Positions 35,643-45,775 of a DNA stretch of 64,000 bases are shown piece by piece. Positions within the stretch are counted from its first letter, which is position 1. The number at the start of each line of letters is the position of its first letter. Source of the DNA: a virus (Duplodnaviria > Caudoviricetes); IMG/VR virus record IMGVR_UViG_3300047400_000090, positions 22,008 to 86,007 of that record; one strand, 5' to 3'. A model generated the notes under the pieces. It made no database searches. It was not told where the DNA came from and worked only from the letters and a program-made list of their open reading frames with translations. The translations under genes were made by a program, and so were the position numbers.

Positions 35643-36020
35643 ATGAAAACACTTAATCAAGTAACGCTGCTTGGCCGCCTAGGCCGTGATGCAGAAACCT
35701 CTTTCACTGCCAATGGGAAATCAGTAACCAAGTTCTCCATTGCCACTGAAAATTCCTACAAGGTGGGAGATGAATGGAAGACCGATACCTCCTGGAATAA
35801 CTGCGTAGCCTGGGGTAAAGACAAGGTTGCAACCTATATGACAAAGGGTTCGCAAGTTCTAGTAACCGGGAGACTTAACACTCGATCATACGAGAAGGAT
35901 GGAGAAAAGAAGTACGTAACAGAGGTGGTTGTGGATAACATTGTCCTCTGTGGAGGCAAGGGAGGTTCGGATAGCAGCGGTGGCGGTGGAGCTTTCGATG
36001 ATGATGGAGCACCGTTCTAA
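35643..36020 (+). CDS. ssb: Single-stranded DNA-binding protein
   Basis: NQVTLLGRLGRD, KGSQVLVTGRL and acidic tail DDDGAPF. Confidence 0.95.
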   Translation: MKTLNQVTLLGRLGRDAETSFTANGKSVTKFSIATENSYKVGDEWKTDTSWNNCVAWGKDKVATYMTKGSQVLVTGRLNTRSYEKDGEKKYVTEVVVDNIVLCGGKGGSDSSGGGGAFDDDGAPF

Positions 36021-36248
36021 TGGATTCAACTTTTGCTGCTAATCTGCAGTCCACTGAGCAACTCCTTCCTGCCGGATCCTCTAGGCAGGTCGTCAGGGCC
36101 GAGTTGCGCCGTAGAGCCTTTCGTAATATTACAGAGCGCGTCAATGGCTCAAGGGCCGACCGAAGGGAGTTGGCACGTAGGATTTCGTCTGACATGTACA
36201 AGACAGGAGAGCGACTAAGTAAATAAAATCAACAAAATAATGGATTTA

Positions 36249-36279
36249 GCCCTGCGGAGACGATCCGTAGGGCATTTTT
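36249..36279 (+). terminator. Intrinsic terminator
   Basis: GCCCTGCGGA/TCCGTAGGGC stem followed by ATTTTT. Confidence 0.7.
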
Positions 36280-36299
36280 ATTTGCTATTATATTGGTTA

Positions 36300-36542
36300 A
36301 TGAGCATTAATGAAACAGAATGCCATGCGCCGTTCAGTCTGGATCAAGTACGGTCATTTAACCAGTGCCAGCAGGATGGCCGCATTGTAGGACTTCTGTG
36401 CCAGAACTGTAAGACTGGTAGAATGTACGCCAGTGAGGATAACCTAAAGTGTCCTGAGTGTTATGATACTGTTAGCAGGTGTCCCGTAGCGATGACAAAT
36501 TGGGCCTGGACTAAATTCAAATATCCGGCAAATAAGGAATAG
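36300..36542 (+). CDS. Cys-rich hypothetical protein
   Basis: CQNC...CPEC; the start is probably MSINETEC. Confidence 0.6.
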   Translation: MSINETECHAPFSLDQVRSFNQCQQDGRIVGLLCQNCKTGRMYASEDNLKCPECYDTVSRCPVAMTNWAWTKFKYPANKE

Positions 36543-36854
36543 ATGGAATCATTAAATCTAGTAGTTCTTTCTGGACAAATCGAGTCTTCTGCCGACATTT
36601 TCCTAATGGACGACGGCAAAGAAGCCTGTAATTTCTCCATCAAAACCTTCAAGACGACTGGCCGTGGGCCGGAAAAGACCAGAACCCCACAACTTCACAC
36701 GGTTACCATGATCAATCCTGGAACCATTGGACGTCACCTCCTCAAGGGCAAGGCTGTCGTAATTCAGGGGAGGCTTGAGCCGTGTCCAGGTGGTCCGTTT
36801 GATATGATAGTAGCGACTACTATTCACTTCCCAGTGTCGGAGAAGAGGTCCTAG
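36543..36854 (+). CDS. Second SSB-like OB-fold protein lacking the acidic tail
   Basis: LNLVVLSGQI...FSI...KGKAVVIQGRL. Confidence 0.7.
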   Translation: MESLNLVVLSGQIESSADIFLMDDGKEACNFSIKTFKTTGRGPEKTRTPQLHTVTMINPGTIGRHLLKGKAVVIQGRLEPCPGGPFDMIVATTIHFPVSEKRS

Positions 36855-36855
36855 A

Positions 36856-37302
36856 ATGACAAATCTTTACCTAATCCCCGTTGGCATGGCTATCCCGCCG
36901 ATCTTTTGGGCTGTCTACTGGGCATTTCAGCAGTTCCGGTCTATGACTGCGGCTATTTCGTCCCTAAAAGAGGCTGTAGAGCAACTTTCCGCCAAGGAAG
37001 TGGGGGCTATTGAGGCAAAAGTTGACCTTTCTCCACTGCTGGCTTCGCTCAAGGGCCTGAATCAGTCCATTACTGGACTAAAAGACGTGATGTTTACACC
37101 ACCGGAGCCCCATCAAGACCCTCCGATGAGCGAATTACGGCTAAGGGACGACCGTCAGGCTTATGACTTGTTCGATACCTACTACAGGGACCTACTGGAG
37201 CAGGGAATGGATCCAGAAGAAGCAAAGAACAAGGCAGGGATGTACGCTAATGAGGTGGTTGCCGCCAGCCTGAGTGGTGGTGGCATTGGATTTTCAGAAT
37301 AG
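36856..37302 (+). CDS. Hypothetical protein with N-terminal TM segment and coiled coil
   Basis: Hydrophobic N-terminus. Confidence 0.65.
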   Translation: MTNLYLIPVGMAIPPIFWAVYWAFQQFRSMTAAISSLKEAVEQLSAKEVGAIEAKVDLSPLLASLKGLNQSITGLKDVMFTPPEPHQDPPMSELRLRDDRQAYDLFDTYYRDLLEQGMDPEEAKNKAGMYANEVVAASLSGGGIGFSE

Positions 37303-37314
37303 AAAGAGGAAAGA

Positions 37315-37725
37315 ATGAACAGATTTAGATATTGGCTTTACGAACGACTGATGAAATTGGCCTTCTTGGTCTATCCGGCACAAAAGGAACAGGAATTGGA
37401 CCAAGAATCACTGGAATGGCTAAATCTATACACTAATCCGCCAGAAAATGGCTGCGAGTGCGACATCTGCCGCGACCTCAAGGCGAAAGAGGAACGATTG
37501 AGTTTCGGAAACGTGTCTGAAACCGTCACTGGCCTCACGGGGGAGGAACTTAAGCCCACCTCTATTGGGACTATCGCAGTGGATAACCAATCCAATTTGT
37601 TTGTCGCGCCCAGGTTAGAGCAAGGCACACCCAAGGCCAATAAGGCCAAGGCAACCACCACAAAGAAGAAGGTAGCCAAGAAGACCCCCAAGAAGTCTCC
37701 ACTTAGGCCGGTAAGGATTAAGTAG
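37315..37725 (+). CDS. Hypothetical protein with Lys-rich C-terminus
   Basis: ORF track; SD upstream. Confidence 0.65.
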   Translation: MNRFRYWLYERLMKLAFLVYPAQKEQELDQESLEWLNLYTNPPENGCECDICRDLKAKEERLSFGNVSETVTGLTGEELKPTSIGTIAVDNQSNLFVAPRLEQGTPKANKAKATTTKKKVAKKTPKKSPLRPVRIK

Positions 37726-37727
37726 CC

Positions 37728-38336
37728 ATGAATAAGAATGCCATTATCAAGGCCCTTAAACGGGCTGCTGAACGAAAGCTGGACATCTCCAGTACCGCCG
37801 ACCTGATTATCGACTATCTGGACCTTCTGTGCGATACCGCTCCATTCCAGGATCAAGAAGTTTCACAGGCAGTAGACACTGGAGCCTTGACCGAACTACT
37901 AGCCCGCAAGGATATCACCAAGAAGACTCCTTCTCCGCCTATTACCAAGCCCCTAGAGCTTGCCACTGAGTTGGGCGAAGAAAGGACACCCTGGGAGACG
38001 GAAGACATGCTAAAGGCTCTCAGCGATGTCTCGTGGACCTTTACGGCCAATCCTCCCGGAACTACTCTGTCCCTGAACTACAGAGGGACGGCGGTGCCAG
38101 ATCCAAAGAACATGAAGGGGGTAATGGTCTATTTTAAGTGCCCTGATGTCAAGACCCCGGCAGAGATTCCGGTTTTTTTCCCGTGTTCCGAGGCAGAACT
38201 TGATCCACAGGCCAAGATCAAGGAAGCAAAGGATGTAGTAGAGATGCTTTTCAAGGCTAGAAATACCCCCGTTGTAGCCAATACGCCCAGACCCACTGGG
38301 CCGCCTGCTTTTGGCTTCAGTGAGGGTTTCCTGTAG
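37728..38336 (+). CDS. Hypothetical protein
   Basis: ORF track. Confidence 0.7.
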   Translation: MNKNAIIKALKRAAERKLDISSTADLIIDYLDLLCDTAPFQDQEVSQAVDTGALTELLARKDITKKTPSPPITKPLELATELGEERTPWETEDMLKALSDVSWTFTANPPGTTLSLNYRGTAVPDPKNMKGVMVYFKCPDVKTPAEIPVFFPCSEAELDPQAKIKEAKDVVEMLFKARNTPVVANTPRPTGPPAFGFSEGFL

Positions 38337-38398
38337 AAAAAGTATTGTAGCACAAGATTCGAGACTATACTAGAAGTAGGGCACGACCCGGAGGATTT

Positions 38399-38746
38399 AT
38401 GAGCATTAAGGATTTTTTCAGTTTCAAATGGCTGACCTCGTTTGTTGACGGCCCAAAGGCGCAGAAGATCGTGGAAGATATCGAGACGGTTGCCCATGTT
38501 GCCATCCCGGTAATCGAGTACATCGCCAAACTTACTCCCAATAAGGCCGATGACGAAATTGCTGCTGTTCTTAAACAGTACGGAGTAGCAGAGGCCGAGA
38601 AGTTTTTGGCACTACCCGCAGAACACAGAGGAATGGCTCTACTGGCTGCGGCCACTACTGGGGTACAGAAATTGCTGCCGCATATCCCGGTGTCTTCGAT
38701 TCAGACCGGTATCCAGATTGCTTTAGCTGGATTCAAGTCCAAGTAG
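38399..38746 (+). CDS. Hypothetical protein
   Basis: ORF track; GGAGG SD. Confidence 0.65.
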   Translation: MSIKDFFSFKWLTSFVDGPKAQKIVEDIETVAHVAIPVIEYIAKLTPNKADDEIAAVLKQYGVAEAEKFLALPAEHRGMALLAAATTGVQKLLPHIPVSSIQTGIQIALAGFKSK

Positions 38747-38758
38747 GCGGGATGAATA

Positions 38759-39022
38759 GTGCCCATCGGACCGGGAGACATTCAGGCCCTGCTGAAGCTG
38801 GGTGGATTTGGAATCTTGATGCTTTTCCAGTCATTTGCTATCGTGGTTCTATGGAGACTAATTAAGTCTAAAGACCTAGAACTAAAGGATGAAAGGACAA
38901 AGCGAGAAGACTTAATGAAGGAAGCCATCAAATCAGCAATGGGGATGGAAGAAGCCGCCAATAAAATGAGTGAATGCTTGGCGAGACTAGAGGTGGGGAT
39001 TGCGCGTGCGAGAATTGATTAG
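38759..39022 (+). CDS. Holin-like single-TM protein with coiled coil
   Basis: GGFGILMLFQSFAIVVLW followed by a charged tail. Confidence 0.5.
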   Translation: MPIGPGDIQALLKLGGFGILMLFQSFAIVVLWRLIKSKDLELKDERTKREDLMKEAIKSAMGMEEAANKMSECLARLEVGIARARID

Positions 39023-39177
39023 CGATATTTTGAAGATAGAAAAACCCCAGGTTACCCAGGTTGTTACCTTGGAAATGGATAAGCGGCAACAAGAGGCCAT
39101 TGGGAAACTGCGCCAGAGCAGAGATAAATTCATGTCTCAAGTGTCTCAGGCCGCCAAGATTGTTCCCAGTGGGCTAA

Positions 39178-39591
39178 ATGATGCCAGGGCCGTCTAAAGC
39201 CAAGGGAACCGAACTAGCCGTAATCGAGTCTACCGCCCTAGCTCCTCAAGGGCCAAAGCCAGGGGAACTACAGAAGTGGACACAAGAGCGCCTGTGCGAA
39301 GACGCCGTTGAGCTTTACGGATCATTCATCTCCTCCCTAAAGCAGCAGATGAAGCCCTATACCATGGCTAATGGTGACATTGTAATGCCCAGTGTCAAGA
39401 TCATGGAATTGGCGGCAGATGTTCTAAAGCTGCGAGATACGGCGGGGATCAATATCAATCAGAACTTCGGTAGCACGACGATCAATAATGGCGGGACAAA
39501 CTTCTCCCCGGAAGACATTCTCCGTAGGCAGGCAGAGAGAGATAGTAAGCCTGTTATCATAGACGTAGAGGTAATTGAAGATGCAAAGTAG
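39178..39591 (+). CDS. Putative terminase small subunit
   Basis: Position upstream of terL; GININQNF...VIIDVE tail typical of small subunits. Confidence 0.5.
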   Translation: MMPGPSKAKGTELAVIESTALAPQGPKPGELQKWTQERLCEDAVELYGSFISSLKQQMKPYTMANGDIVMPSVKIMELAADVLKLRDTAGININQNFGSTTINNGGTNFSPEDILRRQAERDSKPVIIDVEVIEDAK

Positions 39592-39763
39592 CGCCGATAG
39601 CGCCAAGATCGCCAAAGTTCTCAAGGAATTCAAGGAGGGCAGCCTGCACTCCACCTCAAAGAATGGACCTAGGGTCAAGACTCGCCAGCAAGCCATTGCC
39701 ATCGCCCTTAGTGAGCAACGCAAAGCCGGTGGAGGGACCATGAACCTTAGCAAATCTAAGTAG
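39575..39763 (+). CDS. Small basic protein (DUF6496-like)
   Basis: KIAKVLKEFKEGSLHS...VKTRQQAIAIALSE. Confidence 0.75.
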   Translation: MKMQSSADSAKIAKVLKEFKEGSLHSTSKNGPRVKTRQQAIAIALSEQRKAGGGTMNLSKSK

Positions 39764-41940
39764 TGATTGACCTTTCCTCTAGAGATAAACTAGTAGCCGA
39801 TATCATTGCCTACTTTGACTCCGATAAATTCCTAGTCAAGGACGCAAAGAACCCAGATGACCTACGCCTTCGCCGCTTAGGTCTACTCTCCCCGTCAGAT
39901 GCCAAGATCATCGAGAGTGAACTACTAAAGTGCTCAGAAGATTATAGATACGCCGCAGGAAACTACTTCTGTATCTCCGATAAAGACGGCAACGATCAGT
40001 TAATGAGCCTCTGGGATGGTCAGGAGTTGTTGCTCCAGCGAATGGAGGACATGAAGGCCCGTGGCAAGCCCCAGTTAGTCATCGCCATCAAGGCTAGGCA
40101 GTTAGGGTTGTCGATGTTTGGCTGCTCCATGGTCTTCTGGAATAGCGTCTTTAAGCGCAACAAGAAGGGTCTGATCGTCTCGGAAGACTTAGTCCAGTCG
40201 CAGAACCTATTTTCATCCTACCTTTCCCCACTCTATAGGCAGCTTCCCTGGTGGCTAAAGCCGCAATCCTCTGTCTTTAAGGAAGATGGAATCGTCTTTG
40301 ACAAGCCAGCCAAGGAAGGCGGAATGGGACTAAACTCCTCCATTGCCGTGCAATGGGCCTCTCGCAAGGGCGGTCTAGGCCAGGGCTACAAGCTCAATGC
40401 CTTCCATGGGTCAGAGTTCACGGCCTGGGATAACCTAGCCGAGAGCCTGGAACAAGACCTCAAGTATGCCCTAGTGCGGCAGCCTTCTACTATTGGCATC
40501 CTTGAGTCCACGGCCAAGGGTGCAGGTACGCCTAGTCATGCCTTCTACAACAAGTGCGAGGCACTAGCGGAACAGTCTGACTGGGAGGCGGTATTCTTGC
40601 CGTACTTCTTTGAAAAGACTAGGGTTATGGCTCCAAGGAAGGGTTGGAGACCGGAGAAAGAAGACCTTCGGATGCGCGAGGTGGTCTATGCCAACTGGAC
40701 CGTCTGCGACAATAAGAAGTGCCTGCGCTATGTCAACAGGAAGTCCAGTACTGGAGTTCGAGATGGAGAAAAGTGCCCCTCGTGTAAGATTGGCACTCTG
40801 GGACCGTACACCTTAACCGATGAACAGATTTACTTCATGGTTAATGAGCGGCTAAACTCCTCTGCCCAGAGGAACATCGACCAGGAGCTTGCCCTAACCG
40901 TAGAAGAAGCCTTCGTCGCCGAGGGTGAGCAGGTCTTCTCAAAACAATCTATCAAGGCCCTAGAGTACATGGTCCAGACGGCTAATCCTCCGCTACCTGG
41001 GTTTATGGATAAGCATGGCTTCTTCCATGGCTACAGGGAGGACGACCTTGACCGGAAGTGCCACCTAGATGGCTGTAAAATTTGGCATGGTGGAGAAATC
41101 CAGAACATAAGAGTCTGGGAAAAGCCCAGGACTGGAGAGTCGTACCAAATCGGTGCCGATATCGGCTATGGAAAGGGTAAAGACTACTCTGTTGCCACCG
41201 TCATTAGAGTCGGCAGGAGCGGTGGACGAGATTATCAATGCGCCACGCTTAGGTCTAACATCATAGAACCATTGGAATTCGCCTATCTCATTGCCAAGTT
41301 AGCTAAGTGGTACAATGAGGCCCAGGTAGCCATTGAGTACAACACTCCGGGTAATTCCACGGCTGATCACCTAGCCAAAGTCTTGAATTATCCGAACATC
41401 TACCGAGAAAGAGCAACCAATAGCACCCTCCACTGGGTAACTAATCAAAAGTCTAAGCCTAAGATTATCATCACGTTAGACCGATGGCTAAAGGAAGAGA
41501 TCTTCATTGCTAGGGATAAGCTGCTCCTGGACGAAATAAAGGTCTTCACTAAGGCGGTTGACTCGGTATCTACGGGGGCAGAACAGGGATTTAATGATGA
41601 CTGCCTAATGTCGGCTATGATTGCCCTCTATACGGCCCATGCCGGGGACTACGAGGACAATCTTGGGATCGTGCCCCAGAAGATCGACAAAGACCCGACA
41701 ACTTGCCTCTATCGGATGGACTGTACGGCCTGTCATAAGATGTGGGGATCTGACAACCCTCGGATGATGGATAACTGTCCGTTCTGCAAGTCTATGATGA
41801 TTAGGGCTACCAGAAACATGTCAGTTCAGATGGATACAAGCTCCGATTATAGGGAGTCTTCTATGTTCACTCCAGACATGCTGGACGTTTACAGTAAAAA
41901 TGATTCTCATTGGTACGAACCGTCCTACGAATCTCTTTAA
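39763..41940 (+). CDS. terL: Terminase large subunit
   Basis: KARQLG, GSEF, LESTAKG, YQIGADIGYG.G.DYS, AIEYN and FNDDCLMS. Confidence 0.92.
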   Translation: MIDLSSRDKLVADIIAYFDSDKFLVKDAKNPDDLRLRRLGLLSPSDAKIIESELLKCSEDYRYAAGNYFCISDKDGNDQLMSLWDGQELLLQRMEDMKARGKPQLVIAIKARQLGLSMFGCSMVFWNSVFKRNKKGLIVSEDLVQSQNLFSSYLSPLYRQLPWWLKPQSSVFKEDGIVFDKPAKEGGMGLNSSIAVQWASRKGGLGQGYKLNAFHGSEFTAWDNLAESLEQDLKYALVRQPSTIGILESTAKGAGTPSHAFYNKCEALAEQSDWEAVFLPYFFEKTRVMAPRKGWRPEKEDLRMREVVYANWTVCDNKKCLRYVNRKSSTGVRDGEKCPSCKIGTLGPYTLTDEQIYFMVNERLNSSAQRNIDQELALTVEEAFVAEGEQVFSKQSIKALEYMVQTANPPLPGFMDKHGFFHGYREDDLDRKCHLDGCKIWHGGEIQNIRVWEKPRTGESYQIGADIGYGKGKDYSVATVIRVGRSGGRDYQCATLRSNIIEPLEFAYLIAKLAKWYNEAQVAIEYNTPGNSTADHLAKVLNYPNIYRERATNSTLHWVTNQKSKPKIIITLDRWLKEEIFIARDKLLLDEIKVFTKAVDSVSTGAEQGFNDDCLMSAMIALYTAHAGDYEDNLGIVPQKIDKDPTTCLYRMDCTACHKMWGSDNPRMMDNCPFCKSMMIRATRNMSVQMDTSSDYRESSMFTPDMLDVYSKNDSHWYEPSYESL

Positions 41941-41981
41941 TCTGTTGTAAATAAAGTACATTGTTATGCCATAATTAAGTT

Positions 41982-42527
41982 ATGGCTAAGAATCCATCCG
42001 GGAAAGCCGTGCTTGCTTTGGGTCTTGAACTCGACCAGCGCGATCTTTCCACCCTAACTGAAGCCTTTAAGGCTGACGGAAATCCCACAGAAACCATTAA
42101 GACCTGCGTTGAGAACTACTTGCACGAGTACGCCAACGGAGGCTTTGTGCTAACCGCTGAAGATGTAGCAACCATGGGCAAGACCCTGGGTAAGAAAGTC
42201 GGCGACTCCAAGGACATTATTACTGCCCTGGAAGACTCGGCTGGCAACAAGAAGGGTAGTAAGGTCTTTAAGTTAGAGGTTGATCCGGCGCTCATTGGCT
42301 CCTTTGAGGATGCCGCTAAGATGCGCGGTGTAACCGTTGAGGACTATGTTACCGAGTGCTGGAATTATATCCATGCCAATGGCTGGATGTTTAACATGAA
42401 TCCAGACGTCGCCTGGGTGCCCTTTGGCGGCCAGGATGCCGAGTACCTGAAGTCCAGTACTGGATCTCCCGTCCTAACCTCTACTACTGTTGTTAATCTC
42501 CTAAAGAAGAGGACCGTAGGGGCCTAA
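41982..42527 (+). CDS. Hypothetical protein
   Basis: ORF track; contains a palindrome copy at 42451-42464. Confidence 0.7.
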   Translation: MAKNPSGKAVLALGLELDQRDLSTLTEAFKADGNPTETIKTCVENYLHEYANGGFVLTAEDVATMGKTLGKKVGDSKDIITALEDSAGNKKGSKVFKLEVDPALIGSFEDAAKMRGVTVEDYVTECWNYIHANGWMFNMNPDVAWVPFGGQDAEYLKSSTGSPVLTSTTVVNLLKKRTVGA

Positions 42528-42901
42528 TGCCGATCTTCGAGGGGTACTGCGAAAACTCGTCCTGTGGTCGCTCAGGGGAACTATTTGAGTACCTCTTAAG
42601 GTCCTCGGATAGCCCCGACCCTGAGTGCCCTGGCTGTGGTATCTCGGTCTCAAGGACATGGAGCACCCCGTCGATTTGTTGGGCTAAGGACCTAGGACAG
42701 TACTTCGGAAGGAATGATGAGGGGCACTATGCCCACTGGACCGACGAGAAGGGGCAGCCGCAGAAGACCTTTATTCGGACCAGGGAACAGCAGAAGACAT
42801 TCTGCAAGGATCATGGGTACCGTGATCCTAATGACTTAAATGATAAGCCGACTCAAGTAGCAAAGACAGAACCTACGGGACAGAAAGGCTCCTGGATCTA
42901 A
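42527..42901 (+). CDS. FmdB-like zinc-ribbon protein
   Basis: MPIFEGYCENSSC...FEYL...CPGCG. Confidence 0.7.
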   Translation: MPIFEGYCENSSCGRSGELFEYLLRSSDSPDPECPGCGISVSRTWSTPSICWAKDLGQYFGRNDEGHYAHWTDEKGQPQKTFIRTREQQKTFCKDHGYRDPNDLNDKPTQVAKTEPTGQKGSWI

Positions 42902-44800
42902 GTGCAACTACCAGCTAATTCACCAGTCTTGGCAGCGAACGGTAAAGATACGCCGGAATATCGCCTAAACTACCTTCGCGCAATGGCGAATTGGAGAGAA
43001 GAAACACGAGAACAGGCCGAGCTTTCCTATCGAAACTCCCCCGAGTTCAATAACGTAGAAAAGTACATCCGCTACCTTGAGGGTAATCAACTCGACGAGC
43101 GCCGCCGCAAGTACAAGAGTAGGTATGTGCTTAATAAGATTGAGCTTACTCGACGACAGAGACTGGCGTTACTGACTGACTCTAAGCCTATTGGGGATGT
43201 TTCTTCCAATGTGGCTGCCTTCGCGGATCAGGCTCAGGTAATTCAGAAGGTGCTGCAGGCTGAGTACTTCCGTCAGGGCCAGCAAGACATTTTAGCGGAT
43301 GTTGTTGATATTGCAATGCTTCATGGCATTGGCTTTGTCCGAGAAGGGGCATCTACCCCAGGCCGAAGCAGATCCATCCCTCTAGGGCCGGACAATGTCA
43401 TGCCGATCCAGCCCTCACTGACCAGCCTACAGGACTCAGTGGCGGTGCTCTATAGCGCCTGGAAGCCGATTCCTTACTTTAAGAAGGTGTTCCCTTATGC
43501 CTCTGATGGCATAGAAAGTCAGGCTAAATCTACCGAGAATCGTAATAAGGATCGATTTATTCGCCCCTTACACATTCCTGAGTACACCTGGAGCCAAATG
43601 AGCCCAGGGTTCAAGAAGATGCTTGGTGGCAAGCCGTCTAGCGAGATCGTAGGCGACTTCAGTAAGCTCTATGGATCTATCAGGCTGGAAGAGTACTACA
43701 TTGATGACCTGTCGATCAATGAGTCACGTAGAAACATCATCGTCAAAGACCCGTTCCTGCCTCAAGGGCTGCATAACTGGTGGTATGAAGTAAAGCCTGG
43801 ACAACGCCTGTACCCCCGAAAGAGGCTAGTTATCTATGGCGGGAATAGACTTCTTTATGATGGCCCTAGCCCTTACTGGCATGGCATGTACCCCTTTGAG
43901 GAGCTTCGCCTTAACCCCGTGCCGTGGTCTTACTATGGGTTATCGACCTATCGTAGCCTAATGGCACCCCAGGATGCCGTTAATGACATTCCTGCAGGCG
44001 TACTCGACTTAGCCAAGAGGGCGCTAAATCCCACCCTGATGTGGAAGAGTAGCGTAGCCTCAGAGGCGGCCATGAAGGAGTTCCTGTCGGATCTTCCCGG
44101 TGCCCGTCTACAGACTAGGCCGAACGTCAATCTTGATACTGATATCCGCTATGGTGAAGTTCCGCAGGTCCCTGCATTTGTTGGGCAGGTCTACGAGAAC
44201 GTAATTCTTCCAGAGTTTGATAAGTTGTCTGGAATCGTAGACATGGCAGCAATGTCGGCGAAGAATCAAATGCCTTCTGGTGACACCTTAAACCAGATGC
44301 AGGATGCCCTACAGACGCCACTACGTCGCGAGGAGAGGCTCATTGAGACCTTCCTGCAACGCTGTGGACAGCAGAAGGTGTCTAATATCATCCAGTTCTA
44401 CACGGCCAAGCAGAGACTTCGCCTCCTGGGCGCGGATGGAATTACCTGGGAAGACTTTGACCTAGACCCCGGTAAAATGCACCCAGCAGAACAGACCGCA
44501 GACGGCATTAATCGAGAGGTCCAGGCTTCTTACTGGCAGCAATTCTCCTTCCAGGTAGAGCCTGGATCTATGCACCAAGGTGCCCATGACAAGAAGAAGA
44601 TGATGGCGTTACAAGAGGTATCCAGGGGTCTAATTAGCCGTCAGGAGTACATGAGGGCTACCGGCAGGACAGCGGAGCAGGCGCAGCAAATCTTGGGAGA
44701 AATTGCACAAGAGGCGCAGGCCGCTGGGGAGATTCAGAACTCCATGAGGACACCTAGGTCAGCCGATCAGAAGAATGGTCCCAGTGCGCCTACTGGCTAG
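42902..44800 (+). CDS. Portal protein (podovirus/P22-like)
   Basis: 632 aa, after terL; GPSPYWHG.YPF and G.S...LMAPQD.VN patterns. Confidence 0.85.
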   Translation: MQLPANSPVLAANGKDTPEYRLNYLRAMANWREETREQAELSYRNSPEFNNVEKYIRYLEGNQLDERRRKYKSRYVLNKIELTRRQRLALLTDSKPIGDVSSNVAAFADQAQVIQKVLQAEYFRQGQQDILADVVDIAMLHGIGFVREGASTPGRSRSIPLGPDNVMPIQPSLTSLQDSVAVLYSAWKPIPYFKKVFPYASDGIESQAKSTENRNKDRFIRPLHIPEYTWSQMSPGFKKMLGGKPSSEIVGDFSKLYGSIRLEEYYIDDLSINESRRNIIVKDPFLPQGLHNWWYEVKPGQRLYPRKRLVIYGGNRLLYDGPSPYWHGMYPFEELRLNPVPWSYYGLSTYRSLMAPQDAVNDIPAGVLDLAKRALNPTLMWKSSVASEAAMKEFLSDLPGARLQTRPNVNLDTDIRYGEVPQVPAFVGQVYENVILPEFDKLSGIVDMAAMSAKNQMPSGDTLNQMQDALQTPLRREERLIETFLQRCGQQKVSNIIQFYTAKQRLRLLGADGITWEDFDLDPGKMHPAEQTADGINREVQASYWQQFSFQVEPGSMHQGAHDKKKMMALQEVSRGLISRQEYMRATGRTAEQAQQILGEIAQEAQAAGEIQNSMRTPRSADQKNGPSAPTG

Positions 44801-44806
44801 AGGCAA

Positions 44807-45259
44807 CTAGAATCTAACCACCTTAACCGGCTTTCCTAACTTCTTCATTTCTCGTACCATTATCTCGCTACCTTTTGAGTTGTTCTCTATGAACACAATA
44901 GCCTCATCGGCGTACTCTGCCATTTGCTTATTTCGCTCATAACCGGCACGCTTGCCCAGGTTAAACCAGTCAGGCTTGAATCGCTTGATCTTGACCCCTC
45001 GGTCCATAGCCCATGACTCACCGGCCAAATCGGCCCCCTCTGCTGTTCCGCTAACGACCTCAGATGGGAGAATGTGGTTAAAATCACCATTGATTACGTT
45101 AACGGGCATAAGGTTATCAATGTGTACGTAGACTTCTGCTAGTTGCTTGTTGTACTTATCAAGATCTTCACTGGCCAGAAAGGGATTAAGTTGGTACTTC
45201 TTGAGCAGGAGATTTGGCCTACGGGCCACTGTTCTACTGCCAGCAATAATTAGCTTCAT
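44807..45259 (-). CDS. SLOG-family (YspA/DUF2493-like) protein
   Basis: MKLIIAGSR, VVSGTAEGAD, AGYERNKQMA and SKGS. Confidence 0.8.
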   Translation of the reverse strand: MKLIIAGSRTVARRPNLLLKKYQLNPFLASEDLDKYNKQLAEVYVHIDNLMPVNVINGDFNHILPSEVVSGTAEGADLAGESWAMDRGVKIKRFKPDWFNLGKRAGYERNKQMAEYADEAIVFIENNSKGSEIMVREMKKLGKPVKVVRF

Positions 45260-45260
45260 G

Positions 45261-45284
45261 AATCACTCCAGTACTGGACTAAAT
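45261..45284. promoter_or_regulatory. Palindrome copy covering the RBS of the SLOG gene
   Basis: On the minus strand ATTTAGTCCAGTACTGGAGTGATT-C-ATG. Confidence 0.7.
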
Positions 45285-45424
45285 CTGCCCCAGGATTTCA
45301 CAAATCGTTCCTATTGCCGCAATACTCCAATAGCAGCCAGCTACCTGACCAACCTAGAGACCACGACTGCGTCTATCTGGGTCTGACCGAGACATTGGAG
45401 CGACCGCTGCTCAGTTCAGGAAAT

Positions 45425-45775
45425 CTAATCATACCAATCTTCCATTACCCTGTCAACCATCGCCTCCTCTGCCGCCTTGTGAATACCTGAATTGACACTC
45501 AGGTATTCCATGGCTCGCTCCAGGGAGGCCGGATTATCCCTAAAGTGTCCTAACCCAAGGTTACAGTTTCGACAAAGGAGTCCTCTCCGTAGGCCGGTTA
45601 GGTGGCAGTGATCAATAACCAACGGGACGGCCCGCTTACAGATTGCACATTGGTAGTTCTGGAGTGACTTTAGATGCTCAACCTCGGCTACAGAAAGACC
45701 ATATTTAGAAGCATAAGTAGCCTCTCTATGATCTTTTGTTACTCGAATTCGCCGTGGCTTAGTGTATTTCGGCAC
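45425..45775 (-). CDS. Recombination endonuclease VII-like protein
   Basis: KYGL...CAIC...LVIDHCH.TG..RGLLC..CN.GLG.F.D. Confidence 0.88.
   Translation of the reverse strand: MPKYTKPRRIRVTKDHREATYASKYGLSVAEVEHLKSLQNYQCAICKRAVPLVIDHCHLTGLRRGLLCRNCNLGLGHFRDNPASLERAMEYLSVNSGIHKAAEEAMVDRVMEDWYD

Noticed and set aside
39763-41940. Intein in the long terminase
   Set aside because: No C/S...HN-C/S/T junctions or LAGLIDADG motifs; the extra length is explained by Cys-rich inserts.
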